A DNA stretch of 64,000 nt from Squalus acanthias (taxonomy: Eukaryota), in the NCBI GenBank assembly GCA_030390025.1, contig CM059431.1:132372001-132436000 (forward strand). Reading direction: 5' to 3'. Below, in pieces: positions 21,226 through 35,318 of the stretch. Numbering within the stretch: the stretch's first letter is position 1; every line of letters begins with the position of its first letter. A program made the position numbers and the translations under genes. The notes beneath the pieces are model-generated. The model made no database searches. It saw only the letters and a list, made by a program, of their open reading frames with translations, and was not told the origin of the DNA.

Positions 21226-24200
21226 AATCAACAACAACTTGAATTTTTACAACAACTTTTATTTTTATAGCACCTTTAATGTAGTAAAACATCCCAAAGC
21301 GCTTCACAGGAGTATTAGAAGACATAAATTTGACACCAAGCCACATAAGAAGAAATTAGGGCAGATGACCAAAAACTTGGTCAAATAGGTAGGCTTTAAG
21401 GAGTGTCTTAAAGGAGGAAAGAGATGTAGAGAGGCGGAGAGGTTTAGTGAGGGAGTTCCAGAGCTTAGGGCCTTGGCAGCTTAAGGCACAGCCACCAACT
21501 GTTGAGCGATTGTAATCAGGGTTGCTCAAGAGGGCATAATTTGAGGAGCGCAGATATCTTGGGGGGGTGGGGGTGGGGAGGGCAGTTGTGGGGCTTAAGG
21601 AGATTACAGAGATAGGGAGGGGTGAGGCCGTGGAGGGATTTGAAAACAAGGATGATAATTTTGAAATGGAGGCATTGCTTAACCGGGAGCCAATGGAGGT
21701 CAGCGAGCACAGGGGTGTTCGGTGAATGGGACTTGGTGTGGGTTAGGACATGGCCAGCCAAGTTTTGGATGACCTCAAGTTTACGTAGGATAGAATGTGG
21801 GAGGCCAGCCAGGATTGCGTTGGAATAGTCAAGTCTAGAGGTAACAAAGGCATGGATGAAGGTTTCAGCAGCAGAGGGCGGGGCGGAGATGGACAATGTT
21901 ATGAAGGTGGAAATAGGTGGTCTTCGTTATGCCACGGATATGTGGTTGGAAGCTCATTTCAGGGTCAAATATGACACCAAGGTTCAGCCTCAGACAGATG
22001 CTAGGGAGAGGGATGGAGTCGGTGGCTAGGGAACGGAGTTTGTGGTGGGAACCGAAAACAATGGCTTCGGTCTTCCCAATATTTAATCGGAGAAATTTCT
22101 GCTCATCCACTACTGGATGTCGGACAAGCAGTTTGACAATTTAGAGACTGTGGAGGGGCCGAGAGAAGTGGTGAGGTAGAGCTGGGTGTCATCAGCGTAC
22201 ATGTGGAAACTGATGCTGTGTTTTCGGATGATGTCGCCAAGGGGCAGCATGTAGATGAAAAATATGAGGGGGCCAAGGATAGATCCTTGGGGGACACCAG
22301 AGGTAACGATGCGGGAGTGGGAAGAGAAGCCATTGCAGATGTTTTTCTGGCTACGATTACATAGATAAGAATGGAACCAGGCAAGTGCAGTCCCACCCAG
22401 CTGGACGATGGTGGAGAGGCGTTGGAGGAGGATGGAGTGATCAACTTCTCAAAGGCTGCAGGCAGGTCGAGAAGGGATAGTTTACCTTTGTCACAGTCAC
22501 AAAGGATGTCATTTGTGACTTTGATGAGAGCCGTTTTGGTACTGTGGCAGGAGCAGAAACTGGATTGGAGAGATTCAAACAAGAAACATAGAAACATAGA
22601 AGAGAGTTGCGGGAAAGATGGGCACCAATTTGGGAGGCGACAACACGTTCAAGGACTTGAGAGGAAAGCAAGGTTGGAGATGGGGCGGTAGTTTGCAAAG
22701 ACGGAGGGGTCAAGGGTTGTCTTTTGAGGAGAGGGGTGATGACGGCAGATTTGAGGGAGAGGGGGACAGTACCTGAGCAGAGCAAACCGTTAACAATATC
22801 AGCTAACATAGGAGCCAGAAAAGGAAGTTGGGTGGTCAGCAGTTTAGTGGGAATAGGGTCGAGGAAGCAGGAAGTGGGTCTCATGGACAAGATGAGCTTG
22901 GAGAGGTCAAGAGGGGAGATTGGAGAGAAACTGGAGTAAGATGCAAATTCAGGGCTAGGGCAGAAGAGAACCTTAGAGGAAGTTTGGCCTGGTGGGATAG
23001 GCAAGGAAGGGAAGTGGCAGAGGCAGCTGATCGAATGGTCTCAATCTTAGAGACAAAGAAATCCATGAGCTCCTCGCACTTGTTGTTGGAGATGAACATG
23101 GAGGAGATAGGGGAGAGGGGTTTAAGAAGACAGTTAGCAGTAGAGAATAGAAGCCAGGGGTTATCGTTGCATTCCAGAATGATCCTGAAATAGTGAGCAA
23201 TTTTGGCTGACAAGAGTAGGACTCGATAATGCTTTATGTGGTCCAGCCAGTTCTGGCAGTGAATGGCTAAACCAGTTGTTCACCATATCCGTTCAAGTCT
23301 GTGTCCCTTGGACTTGAGGGAGCGAAGATGAGAACCATACCAGGGGGGACGGCCAGGGTGAGAGAGAGTAATGGTTTTAATAGGGACTAGGGCTTCAAAG
23401 GTGGTAGGTGAGGGTGTAGTTGAGCAGATCGGTAGCTGCAGAAATGTCGTGGTGAATGGAGGGCCAGAGGTTGGACAGTTGGGATTTCATAAGTGCGTTG
23501 TAAGAGAGTTGGGAGAGAGTTTTTTTTCCCCAGGGGCGGACACAGAAGGTAATAGGGTTGTTGGGGGAAGGGGGATGTGGGTGGAGAGCGATACAAGGAA
23601 GTGGTCAGAGATGGCCTTATCTGCGATTGACACGGTGGGAGTAGCGCGGTCACGAGAGATGGCAAGGTCAAGGGGACGGCCGTGAATATGGGTTGGGGAG
23701 TTCACATGGAGGGAGAGATTAAGGGAGGATAGGAGTCTAAACTCAGAGGAGAGAGTGCGCATGATGAATTGAGATGGAGTTTCAAATCACCGGAAGGTGA
23801 GAAGTCACTCAGTGCAGAGGCTGAGGGAGGAGAGCAGTGAAGATATCTCGATGATAAAATTTTTATGGTACTTGGGTGGGCGGTAGAGATTGAGAATTTT
23901 AAATGAGAGCTGCGGTGTGGAACAAGGTGAGATACTCAAAGGAGGATAAAATGCCAGAGGAGTAGACAGACAGACCAAGGTGTGATTTGGTGATGAGAGC
24001 CACACAGCCACCACAGCGGTCTGGGCGGAGCAAGTGGTGGATGGTATAGCCAGGTGGGGAGGCTTCATTTAAGGGCAAGGTGTCATCACCCCTCAGCCAA
24101 GTTTCCATCAGGGCCCTGATGTCAATGCAATCATCCACGATAAGCTCATGGATGGCAAGGGCTTTGTTCGCAAGTGAACAGACATTCTGCAGGGAGATGC

Positions 24201-24430
24201 GAAGAGGGTCGGTGATGGCTGATCCACTGCCAGTGTCCACATGGTCAGCGCTTGAAGTGAGTTGGACGGGGAGGAGATTGGCAAGGTTAGCACCCCGCGG
24301 GCGCGCTGGGTGGGAAGGTCGGAGAGAGAGTAGGATTGGACAGTTGGGGTTGCTACTCGTGAAGAGGCAGCGATAAGTGCCACAGGTGGGCCCTTCGGAG
24401 GATGCCAAGAGAGGCACAGAGGGAAGCTGG
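21226..24430 (-). mobile_element. L2-type LINE, near full ORF2 (APE + RT), frameshifted
   Basis: ISLQNVCSL, METWL, LYRPPK, LDLAISR, HSTKTALIKVTND, SRLDYSN; CAA tail on the plus strand. Confidence 0.9.
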
Positions 24431-24789
24431 ATGCTTATCTAAGAGGGAGTCAAGCCTGGGACAGCAGCAGGAGAGTAGGAAGGTCAAAGATTATTGGAGG
24501 GTTAGAGTAGGGATCTGGGAGGTGCAGGAATCCTGTGTGCAACAAGTTATAGCCAAAACCTGATGTTAAAAAGGCAGTTAAGGATCTCTCAATGAGCAGT
24601 TAAGTACCTCAATGAAGTCGCCCGCCTCTCCCGAGGGGGTCCATGGCACGCCTCGAAACGCACCCGAGTTGAAGGCGGAAGTCGGCGGGATGATGGTGGG
24701 TTCCCGAAGTACTGTCAATTTCCACGCTTTTAACTGCCAACCCACCCCCAAACCCACGCGCTTAGCATTCGTAAAATTCCGGCCATCTT

Positions 24790-25062
24790 GTACGTTGTAG
24801 CCTCCCTTCCTCTTCCTCTTCCTCCACTTCCTCTTGTACCTCCTCCTCTTCATGCTCCTGAGCTTTCTGTCTGATATGTGGTGGCAAGGGCTGTTCCCTC
24901 AATGGCCAGGTTGTGCATCATGCCCACTCAGCTGAGTTCTGCAGGTCTCCTCTAGAGCGGTCCAGGCAGCAGAAGCATTGCTTGAGGACGCCGATGGTAT
25001 GCTCTATAATGTTCCTTGTGGCAGAATGGCTCTCATTGTAGGCCTGCTGTGCACGTGGATTC
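24790..25062 (-). mobile_element. Harbinger transposase C-terminal relic
   Basis: Hand translation NPRAQQAYNESHSATRNIIEHTIGVLKQCFCCLDRS. Confidence 0.75.
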
Positions 25063-25065
25063 CTT

Positions 25066-25405
25066 AGAGGTGATGGTGTTCCCATGCACCTGCTGCCCTT
25101 GTCCTTCTAGGTGGTAAAGGTCGTGGGTTTGGGAAGTGCTGTCGAAGAAGCTTTGGCGAGTTGCTGCAGTACATCTTGTAGATGGTACACACTGCAGCCA
25201 CGGTACACCGGTGGTGGAGGGAGTGAATGTTTAAGGTGGTGGATGGGGTGCCAATCAAGCAGGCTGCTTTGTCCTGGATGGTGTCGAGCTTCTTGAGTGT
25301 TGTTGGAGCTGCACTCATCCAGGCAAGTGGAGAGTATTCCATCACATTCCTGACTTGTGCCTTGTAGATGGTGGAAAGGCTTTGGGGAGTCAGGAGGTGA
25401 GATAC
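25066..25405 (-). mobile_element. CR1-clade LINE fragment
   Basis: MEYSPLAWMSAAPTTLKKLDTIQDKA. Confidence 0.75.
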
Positions 25406-25684
25406 TTCCCGTTGGAAGTATGCATGTGCATCTCGGAGTCTTATTTGGCGCCTAAAAAACAGGCGCTACGTGGCCCAATTTAACCCCCGGAAATGTTCAG
25501 ATCACATTTGCCTGGAATGCCTGTGGGTATTCTCTGGATTGTCATTTAGTGAGGTGCATGATAAACTCTCCAGTACCTTCAGCTTTCATTAAACATTTCT
25601 ATTTCCATAAAGTTCTTTCATTAAGTATTGTAAAACAAATTAATACTAATTTTCCTCTTCAAGTGCAAGTTTAAACATACTTAC

Positions 25685-25864
25685 CTGAAGCTGAAGCTAG
25701 AATTCCGGAAATAAGGTGGGCTATCAAATTCTTTAATAGACATGCAACGACGGACATCCTCCATGGTTGGCAGCCAAACGTTACCCTTTTCCATGAAGCC
25801 TCTCCTGAGTGGACCTTCATTTGTTCCATTGCAGAGGGTGACCAAGCGGTTATAATCATCCAAA
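25685..25864 (-). CDS. DCT: DCT coding exon 5 (180 bp)
   Basis: ttgtag|T acceptor, AG|gtaag donor; [21 protein letters not shown]...LPTMEDV...[14 protein letters not shown]. Confidence 0.96.
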
Positions 25865-26684
25865 CTACAAATTTTACATGAAAATCACAATAAAATTGAA
25901 TATTAGAAATTATAATGGCAATGAGACAATCTTTACATAAGTGTTGGTTATAATAACCATGTGCTTAGTACTGCACAATGTACAGTTTCTAGCTTGTTAA
26001 TCCTTTTAGGGACATCAATGTAAAAATAAGACGACAGACTGAGAAGAGGATAAATCTAGATGTTTCTTTGATTATAGTATCTAATCTACAGAGCTAGTCA
26101 TTTTTGATCAATATTGGTCTTGGATCTGTAACTCAAAAGGAAATTGACTCCCATTATTGCACTAAGTGACAGAATCCATTTGTTAATTACAATAATCACT
26201 GCATAGTTTGAAAATAATGCTTTAAAAGGAAGTTACAGTAAAATTCACTCCCACTGGGGAGCTGTGCTCAAAAGGAGCATGAATCAGAGAATCAGTAATA
26301 CAGTGTTATAATGTCATCTCCGACCCCCCACTCCCTTACAGCACAATGGGAGTGCAGAATCTGTGACTTTACCCCGCAGCGTATGAATTTGGTCTGGCTG
26401 AGAAGTTATGTGGACAATTGGATTCATAGAACAAGTCTGCATCCCATTCAAGATGGGGTTGTGGATAGAAGGAATGAATAGCATCAGAAAGGCAATCAAG
26501 CAAAAAATATTCTGAATGGTAATGGACTTACAGACAACTTGCATTTATAAAGCGCTTTTCACAACTTCAGGACATCCCAAAGTGCTTTACAGCCAATGAA
26601 GTACTTTTGAAATGTTGTAATGTAAGATTTGCATTAATGTTTAATTCAGAACTCAAAAGCAATCTGTAGTATTTAATCACTAAC

Positions 26685-26851
26685 CTGTTGCATACAATCT
26701 CCCAGCGTGCGAACCTGGAGCTCTGATTTATTAATGCTGGGTCATCAAGGCGCATAGATCCCAACAAAGGATCTGTGCACACATCACAGTCATTTCTTCC
26801 TGTGGCAAAATTCCAGTATGGAAGTGCAAATGATTCATTTCCTATGAGTTT
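26685..26851 (-). CDS. DCT: DCT coding exon 4 (167 bp)
   Basis: ctctatcag|AAA acceptor, AG|gttag donor; [31 protein letters not shown]...[12 protein letters not shown]. Confidence 0.96.
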
Positions 26852-27109
26852 CTGATAGAGAGAACTTGGATTAAACTTCAGTGTTGAAAATATTCAGTAG
26901 GTCCACTCAAATGTACAGAATAATGAGTGGTTCAGTGGTGTAGCATATTTGTGTTTAAGCATACTGTGCCATGAAATGATAGGAGATAACCTCTGTCTGC
27001 AATTTCCCATGCAGCAAATTCCCAACCTCCGCTGGGCTAATATGTTGAAGTCCTAGACACTAGATCAAAAAAGAAAAAATACTTTGGAGGAGCATCTTCA
27101 CCACATTTG

Positions 27110-27792
27110 GCTAAGAAGGTGGCAGGACATATTGAGAGAGTGGTTAGCAAAGCATATGGGATCTTGGGCTTCATAAATAGAGGTATTGAGTACAAAAGTA
27201 GAGAAGTTATGCTGAACCTTTATAAAGCACTGGTTAGGCCACAACTGGAGTATTGTGTCCAGTTCTGGTCACCACACTTTAGGAAGGATGGGAAGGCACT
27301 TGAGAGGGTGCAGAGGAGATTTACCAGAATGGTTCCGGGGATGGGGGATCTTAGCTACAAGGACAGGTTGGCGAAGCTGGATTTGTTTTCATTAGAGCAA
27401 AGGAGGCTGAGGGATGATTTGATAGAGGTGAACAAGATTATGACAGGTTTGGATAGGCTAGATGGGGAAAAGCTGTTCTCCACTAGTTGATGGTACAAGG
27501 ACTAGGGGACACAGATTTAAGGTTTTGGGCAAGAGAGACAGGGGGGATATGAGGAAAAACTTTTTTATGCAGTGAGTGGTGATGACCTGGAATTCGCTGC
27601 CGATGGAAGTGGTGGAAGCGGAAACACTCAATGTTCTCAAGGGGAGACTGGATAGGCACTTGACGGAAATAAACTTGCAGGGCTACGGGGATAGAGCGGG
27701 GGAATGGGACTGACTGGATTGCTCTGCAGAGAGCCGGCATAGACTCGATGGGCCGAATAGCCTCCTTCTGTGCCGTTATGACTCTATGACTG
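27110..27792 (+). mobile_element. CR1 3' fragment
   Basis: KAYGILGFINRGIEYKSRE...VRPQLEYCVQFWSP; 3' UTR with CTATGACT tail. Confidence 0.88.
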
Positions 27793-28079
27793 ACTTAATT
27801 ATAAAACATTCTCTTCAACCAAATTGAAATGGTATTTGGATGAAAGGCATGAGGAGATGGGTCACAAGAGCAACATTAATTTATAAACAGTTTGGGCTGG
27901 TGATACAAAATAAGGCAGATTAGGAATCCCCAAAGGGGGAAGCGGTTATAAAGTGTAACACTCTTTTCTGTGCACAAGCCCACCCTCCCCTCTTTCTTTT
28001 ATAACTTTCTATTTCCTCAACTATTAAACCCATTTGTAAATTAAAACAATTCACCACATTAATGAAAGCACTGTCTAAC

Positions 28080-28180
28080 CTGTAAATCTCTCTCCAGCAA
28101 CATTAAATGGTATCGATGCCAGGTAAGGAAAGCTGGACCTTGGTGAGAAAAATCAATGGCTTTAAATGTACGCCCGGGTC
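28080..28180 (-). CDS. DCT: DCT coding exon 3 (101 bp)
   Basis: ttcttgcag|GA acceptor, CAG|gttag donor; [33 protein letters not shown] with metal-A histidines. Absent from the ORF track; read by hand. Confidence 0.96.
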
Positions 28181-28566
28181 CTGCAAGAATAAGGAAAAAA
28201 GACGAAGAAACGTATTACACTAAATTTATCAAATGAAAATGAAAATTGGTAAATTACTATTGTGACCGATAGTCAATCCAAAATTTGCCAGTTGTACCCA
28301 CAATTGTCATCAGTCTCAGAAAAATATTCAACGAGAGCTCCATGTATATGCAAAAATGATAATTTTGACTTTTATGGTATGCTTTGCAAGGCCAAGGAAA
28401 AGAGTACTTCTTTAACAAAAATCTAATCTTGAAAGATCCTTGTTGAAGGTGGATTTTACATTATCTAGGGCATGTGAGAAAAAACTGTGACTGCATTCAT
28501 TAGTTTTCAGTTATACTATCAAAACTAGCCTTCTAAAATGGCAAGTGTGCCGCAAAAATGAACATG

Positions 28567-29248
28567 GGGCTGGATTTTCATTGACCCGTGGAGGTGGGTT
28601 TGGAGGCGTGTGGGGGGTTAAAATTGCAAAAACTGCCGGGCGGGCACAAGCTCGCCTCCATGCAATTTTCATTAAATCATGTCTGCTGGTCCCGACTCCG
28701 TCCCGCCTCTTAGAGGCGGGATAGGCCCTTAACAAGCACTAAATTGCCTCTATAATGCCATTTTGAAAGGCTTTTGTAATTTTAACCCTTTTTCTACGTG
28801 ACGCACGCCTGTTCTGAACCACGAATGTGAAACCTGGCGGGAGCACATTTGACTGGCTGGCTATGGGGCTGGCTATGGGGCTGCATATATGGATGGCTAT
28901 GTGGATGGATGCATATATGGATGGATGGGGAGGAGACATATCTGGGAGTGGTGGTGTAAAATATCTGGGAGCAGACTTAGGGCTGCTGCTGCTCATTTTG
29001 CATCCAGGTCCTCTCACAGCAAAGGCCAGGCAGTCTCTGAAGACCTTCAATGCAGCAGCAATGATGACATCATCAGAGGCGACTTTCAGACTGAAAACAC
29101 TAATTGGTTCATGGGTTCCCATATGCTGGAACTCAATTGCCCAATTAGGTGAAAATTGCATCAATCTCCCACATCCAATTGCAGTCGGGTGGCTAACACG
29201 AAAAGTGGATGACACGACCCCAACCCGCCCAGTATCAAAATCCAGCCC
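28567..29248. mobile_element. Harbinger-type MITE
   Basis: TIR GGGCTGGATTTT / AAAATCCAGCCC, 3-bp TSD ATG. Confidence 0.85.
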
Positions 29249-31499
29249 ATGATATTTTTAATGTTAGCCCAATTTAACAAAAAGTGCATGAAAGATGAAG
29301 GATTGAATTGAACAGTAAACAAAACTAATCTGGCCTCTCTCTACATAACCACAGATTTCCATGGTTGCTATTTTAGTTGGTAACAGCTCTAGAAAGTTAG
29401 CCAGTACGGATAGGAATATTTTGAAACCATATATGGGAATTCTGGTTGTATGTTATCCCAGCTGCAATATAAAAATGTGGTTTCTTTTTCTACAAAGAGC
29501 TTTCTGTCGGGTTATATTCTTGCGACAAATATAATAACATTTAAATTGGATTTTATAATTGATAAATCAGTTTTATTAACCAAGAATGTTTTAATATCTC
29601 TATTCTAATAGCGATTAGTAAATGAAACTGCCTATACATCTTAAAACCTTAGATGGAATAAACAAGGATTACAAGAAGCACAAACTAATGTGACTTTTAA
29701 TGTATTAATTTTTAATATGTCAAGAGACTTGCATCTAGCATGCACCTAACTGGAGGCGGTATCAGTGACAGCCAATCCTTCAACAATTTCCACAAAACAA
29801 GGAGTGACATCACAGGACAGCAGGTAGGTGATTGGTTGGTGAGTATTAAGGTTCTATTTTCTCTCTAACCTAGGACAGTGGTTTAAACTAGGTGCGGGAA
29901 ACTACAAAGTACTGTATTAACTTTATAGGTTAACTACTTAAATTAATTAATATAACTATAAATAATTGTTGAATAAAAACTTTAACTAATTAAATAAATA
30001 AAATAAGGCTAGACTAAGATATGGCAGGGCAGGTTGTGTGTCTGGACTGCAGTATGTGGGAGTTTGTGGACAGTGAGACTGTCCCGAGTGAACACGGCTG
30101 CAGGAGATGTCTCCATCTCGAATCTCTCCGGCTCAGAGTATTGAGCTGGAGTGCGAGTTGGAGACACTCCGACACACAAGGGAGGGGGAGGAATTTCTGG
30201 ACAGTTTTATCCAGAATGCAGTCACACCCCAGGTTCAGGAAGGGGTGTGACTGCCAGGGAGCCGGGTAGCAGGGATTTAGGAGAGGTTGAGAAGGAGGTC
30301 CCGCAGACACTGGTCCTGTCCTGTGAGGACAAGGAGAAAGACTGCAGGGATGACAGCCACAATGCAGACCAAGGCACCGTGGCTCAGAAGGCTGCCCAAG
30401 GAGGGGGGTGGGGGGGGGGGGTGGAAGAGCAGAATAGAAATGTGGTAGTGATAGGGGGGGATAGATAGCGTCCTCTGCAGCCAAAAACGAGAACCCTGAA
30501 GTGTGTCCTGAAGGGATATCTCACGGCAGCTGGAGAGGAACTTGGAAAGGGAAGGGGTAAGTCCAGTTGTTGTGGTCCATGTTGGAACAAACGACATAGG
30601 TAGGAACGGGGAGGAGGTCCTACTGAAAGAGTATCAGGAGCTAGGTTCTAAATTAAAAAGCAGGACATCGAGAGTAATAATTTCTGGATTATTGCCTGAG
30701 CCACGTGCAAATTGGTATAGAAGCAGACAGATCAGGAGAATTAACACGTGGCGAAAGGACGGGTGTGGGAAAGAGGGGTTCTTTTTCATGGGACACTGGC
30801 ACCAGTACTGGGACAGGAAGGAGCAGTACCGATGGGACAGGCGCCACCTGAACCGGGATGGGACCCGTGTCCTAGCGGAAAGGGTAAATTGGGAGGTGCC
30901 AAAGGCTTTAAACTAGTAAGATGGGGAGAGGGATCTACAAGAAACGTAACCAGTCTAATTATAAACAAAACAGGAAAAGAGAGCATAGGAAAGAATAAAG
31001 TAAGGGAGGACATAGATGGCAAGGGAATAAATAGAGTTATAGAACAGGAGTCTAAAAAGATGGTTAAACATAAAGTGAGAGGATATCCTATTAAAAATGA
31101 ATTAAACTATATGTACAGCAATGCACACAGTGTCTGTAATTAAACAGGGAAGCTGGAGGCAATCATGCGTTGCGAGGAACCAGACATAGTAGGGATTACT
31201 GAGACATGGCTACAGAAAAATCAGGACTGGGAATTAAACATTGCAGGATATAACATACTCAGAAAAGATAGAGGGAAAAAGTGGAGGTGGAGTAGCTGTA
31301 CTTATTAGGGATAACATAATGGCAGTAGAAAAAAGTGACGCAGCTATCAGCAAGACAAAAACAGAATCCATATGGAAAGAGATAAAAGATAATAAGGGAT
31401 CAATCACACTAATAGGTATAGTCTACAGACCACCTAATAGTGGAAGGGAGGTGGAGGAATAAATATGCAGACAAATTAGGAAAATGAGTAAAAAACATA

Positions 31500-31996
31500 G
31501 GGGGAAAATTCGGTTGCTTTGCACCTCCTAAGAGGGTGCTAACGGGGCGCAAAGCAACTAGCGCCCAGGCACGGCGCCGCCAATGCCTCCCGTGAAATTC
31601 AGTGGGAGGTTAGCGGCGGCGGTAACCGTGCGCAGCGCCCCGCTCGCAATCTTCGGTAGCGCCCCCTGACTCATCGCCGGACGCCATGTCCGACGGGGTC
31701 AGGGGGGCCTACCTGCGGCCGGGGTGGCGTTAATTAAATGCGAGGTGCCAGGCACCCGCCACGGAGTGCTGGTTGCGCTCCGTGAGCCCGGCACTCCGAT
31801 TACTGGTCACCCAGCTGGGGCCCAGGTCGCGCTGCGCAAGGCCCCTCCCCTTTAAGAAGGGGAGGAAGGCCTGCAGTACCGTGGCATGACGTGCCGCGAT
31901 ATTCCCTCGCAGTGCCCCAAGAGGGTGGCGGGGCGCTAAAAGTAGTGCCCCGGCGAAGTTAGCACCCCAAAGGGGGCACGGCTCAATTTTTCCCTC
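31500..31996. mobile_element. GC-rich MITE in CR1
   Basis: Ends GGGGGAAAATT / AATTTTTCCCTC, TSD ATA; the CR1 frame resumes after it. Confidence 0.72.
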
Positions 31997-32278
31997 ATAA
32001 AATAATCATCATAGAGGATTTCAACTACCCTGATATTAATTGGACAGAAGAGGTATGTAAAGGGGATAAGGGAATCGAGTTCCTACAATGTGTACAGGAC
32101 CCCTTTCTAATTCAATATGTAAAAAGTCCAACAAGGGAGGATTCGCTATTGAATCTAGTAATGGGGAATGAACCAGAGCAGATAAGAGAAGTAAAAGTAG
32201 GGGAACATCTAGGCAATAGTGACCATAATATAATATACTTATGGCCTTCTCAATTATCAAAGTGTGATGAAAACCAGG

Positions 32279-33046
32279 GGGCGAGATCTTACCAGCCCTG
32301 GGGAGGCGGGTATGGAGGCGGGACTGCCGAGAAAATGGCAGAATCTGGGGGCGGGTGCCCATCTCGCCCCCCAACCCGCCTCCATGCCATCTTGCCAGGA
32401 GGGGGGTAGCTGACCCATGCCGAGTCTCGCCTCCTTGGAGAAGGGAAGGGGATTACAGCCACTTAACTGCCTGTTAACAGGTAGTTAACAGGCAGATAAG
32501 AGGATTATCACCATTTTACCCACACAAGTGCGGGCTTCCCGAAGGCTCCGCACCCCGCCAGGGTCACAGACGCGAGCAGTGGGTCTGCGGGGTGCAAAAG
32601 TGCGCTGTGAAGGTAAGTGATGGGTGCAAGTGTGGAGAAGTGAGCATGTGAGGCAAGTGGAAAGTGTTAGAAAAAGTTTACTTACTTTTGTTTCTTCCTG
32701 CAGGCTTCAATCATTGGGTATGTGGAGAGTCTCGCATCTCCGCGGCAGAGATGACAGATGGCTGCTGCATTCTCCAATGCAACAACCATCTAATTTCTGC
32801 TAAAGAAAGAGGTTTGATGAGTCTTGAATTCAAGAACTCATCAAACTACAGAGAATGTCAGTATTTGACAGCTTCATCTCTGTAACCGACTTTCCCTTAA
32901 TTGGCCTGCTAAACCCGCTGGGCGGGCTTAACAAGGTCAATCAAGGGAAAATAGCGTGGGTTGGCCAGAAGTTGATGGAGGCGGGACAAAAACCTGACAA
33001 GTGGGAGTCCCGCCTCTAAAAGCTCCCCATTGGCAAAATCCAGCCC
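32279..33046. mobile_element. Harbinger-type MITE in CR1
   Basis: Imperfect TIR GGGCGAGATCTT / AAAATCCAGCCC, TSD AGG. Confidence 0.75.
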
Positions 33047-35318
33047 AGGGCAATAGATTGGAGAAAAGTTGATTTTAAGGGGTTGAGAATAGAACTTGGG
33101 AAAATAAAATGGGCAACAACAATGTAGAACAGCAATGGGAAACATTTAAAATGGTGTTCAACAGAGTGCAGGTACAATATATTCCACTAAAAGGAAAGAA
33201 CAAACTAAACACTAATGAGACTCCATGGATGAATAAAGCCATAAGGGAACAATTGAGGGTAAGGAAAGAGTCATACATTAAGTACATAGACAGCAGGGGA
33301 GTGCATGATAAGGGTGAAAACAAAGAGTTTAGGAGAGAAGTCAAAAAAAACAATTAGGAAGGCAAAGAGGAAATATGAAATTAAATCATCAAGGAACATA
33401 AAACAAAATAGTAAAATATTTTACAGACACATCAATAAAAAAAGGAAGGTTGGGATGGGAATAGGGCCATTAGATAGACAGGATAATGCCACAGGTAATG
33501 ATAGAGAGATGGCAGAAATATTAACTAATTATTTGGCTTCAGTATTTACCAGGGAGATAGAACAGGTGGACATGACTTTGGATGATGAGATTAGTAATGA
33601 GATAAGTGCATTTTAAAACATTTTTAAAAGAGGGGTTATATTAAATCAACTAATCAAACTCAGGATAAAACCCCTGGTCCGGAGGGATTGCATCCACGCA
33701 TTTTAAAAGAATCTAGGGAAGCGATAGCAGAGGCATTACTACACATATTTAATAATTCGTTAGAAAAAGGTGCAGTGCCAGAGGACTGGTGGATAGTTAA
33801 TGTAATACCTATATTTAAGAAGGGGGATAGAACATGTCCAGGGAATTATAGACCAGTCAGCTTAACATCGGTGGTAGGAAAAATAATGGAATCCCTACTA
33901 AAGGAGAAAATAGAAGAATATCTAGAAACTAAAAACATAGTAATGAATAGTCAGGATTTCAAAAGGGAAAGTCTTGCTTGACCAACCTCATTGAATTTTT
34001 TGAAGAGGTAACAGAGAGAGTAGACAATGGTAATGCAGTAGATGTAATTTATCTAGATTTTCAAAAGGCCTTTGATAAGGTACCCCATAATATACTGATG
34101 AACAAGCTCAGAGAATGCGGAGTCAGGGGACACGCAGCAGAATGGATAGCCAGCTGGCTTCAAGACAGAAAACAGAGAGTAGGGGTAAAAGGTAGCTATT
34201 CACAGTGGCAGAAGGTGGGTAGTGGTGTTCCACAAGTATTAGTACTGGGACCACTGTTGTTCACAGTTTATATTAACGATTTAGAATCAAAAACACAATT
34301 TCTAAATTTGCGGATGACACCAAATTGAGGGGGGGGGAATAGTCAATACTGAGGAGGACTGCAACAAATTACAGGAGGACATTAATAAACTTGCAGAATG
34401 GGCATATGATTGGCAAATGAAGTTCAACACAGATAAATGGGAGGTATTACAATTTGATAGGTAGAATAGGGAGGTCACTTATTACTTGGAGGGTGCGAGT
34501 CTAGGTGGGGTAGAGGAACAAAGGGATCTCGGAGTACAAATACACAAATCACAAAAAGTGGCAACACAGGTTAGCAAGGCCATAAAAAAGAGCAAACCAA
34601 GCACTAGGGTTTATTTCTAGAGGGATAGAATTGAAAAGTAGGGAAGTTATGCTAAACCTGTATCGAACCTTGGTTAGACCACAGAGTACTGCATACAGTT
34701 CTGGTCACCATATTATAAAAAGGATATAGAGGCACTGGAGAGGGTCCAGAGAAGATTTACAAGGATGATACCAGAAATGCGAGGGTATACATATCAAGAA
34801 AAGATGAACAGGCTGGGTCTCTTTTCTCTTGAAAAAAGGCTGAGGGGTGACCTAAAAGAGGTCTTTAAAATTATGAAAGGTTTTGATAGAGTAGATACAG
34901 AGCGAATGTTTCCACTTGTGGGGAAGAGCATAACTAGAGGCCATCAATATAAGATAGTCACCAAGAAATCCAATAGGGAATTCAGAAGAAACTTCTTTAC
35001 CCAAAGAGTGGTGAGAATGTGGAACTCGCTACCACAGGGAGTGGTTGAAGCTAAAAGTACAGATGCATTTAAGGGGAGGCTAGACAAGCATATGAGGGAG
35101 AAGGGAATAGAGGGTAATGCTGATAGATTTAGATGAGGAAAGACGGGTGGTGGAGCATAAACGCTGGCATGGACTGGTTGTGCCGAATAGCCTGTTTCTG
35201 TGCCGTACACCCTATGTAATCTTAGCATGCACTTCTTGTTTGTCACACTTACTTCCTGTAATGCCATACTTTTACCATAACATTTTTGTCATCACAAGTA
35301 ACCAGCAGCAAATCAGTA

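Larger units (their letters stand above)
29800..35225 (+). mobile_element. Degenerate near full-length CR1 LINE with two nested MITEs
   Basis: ORF1 MAGQVVCLDCSMWE, HVGTNDIGR; ORF2 fragments GITETW, YRPPNS, NYRPVSLTS, YLDFQKAFD, FFTQRVV. Confidence 0.9.
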
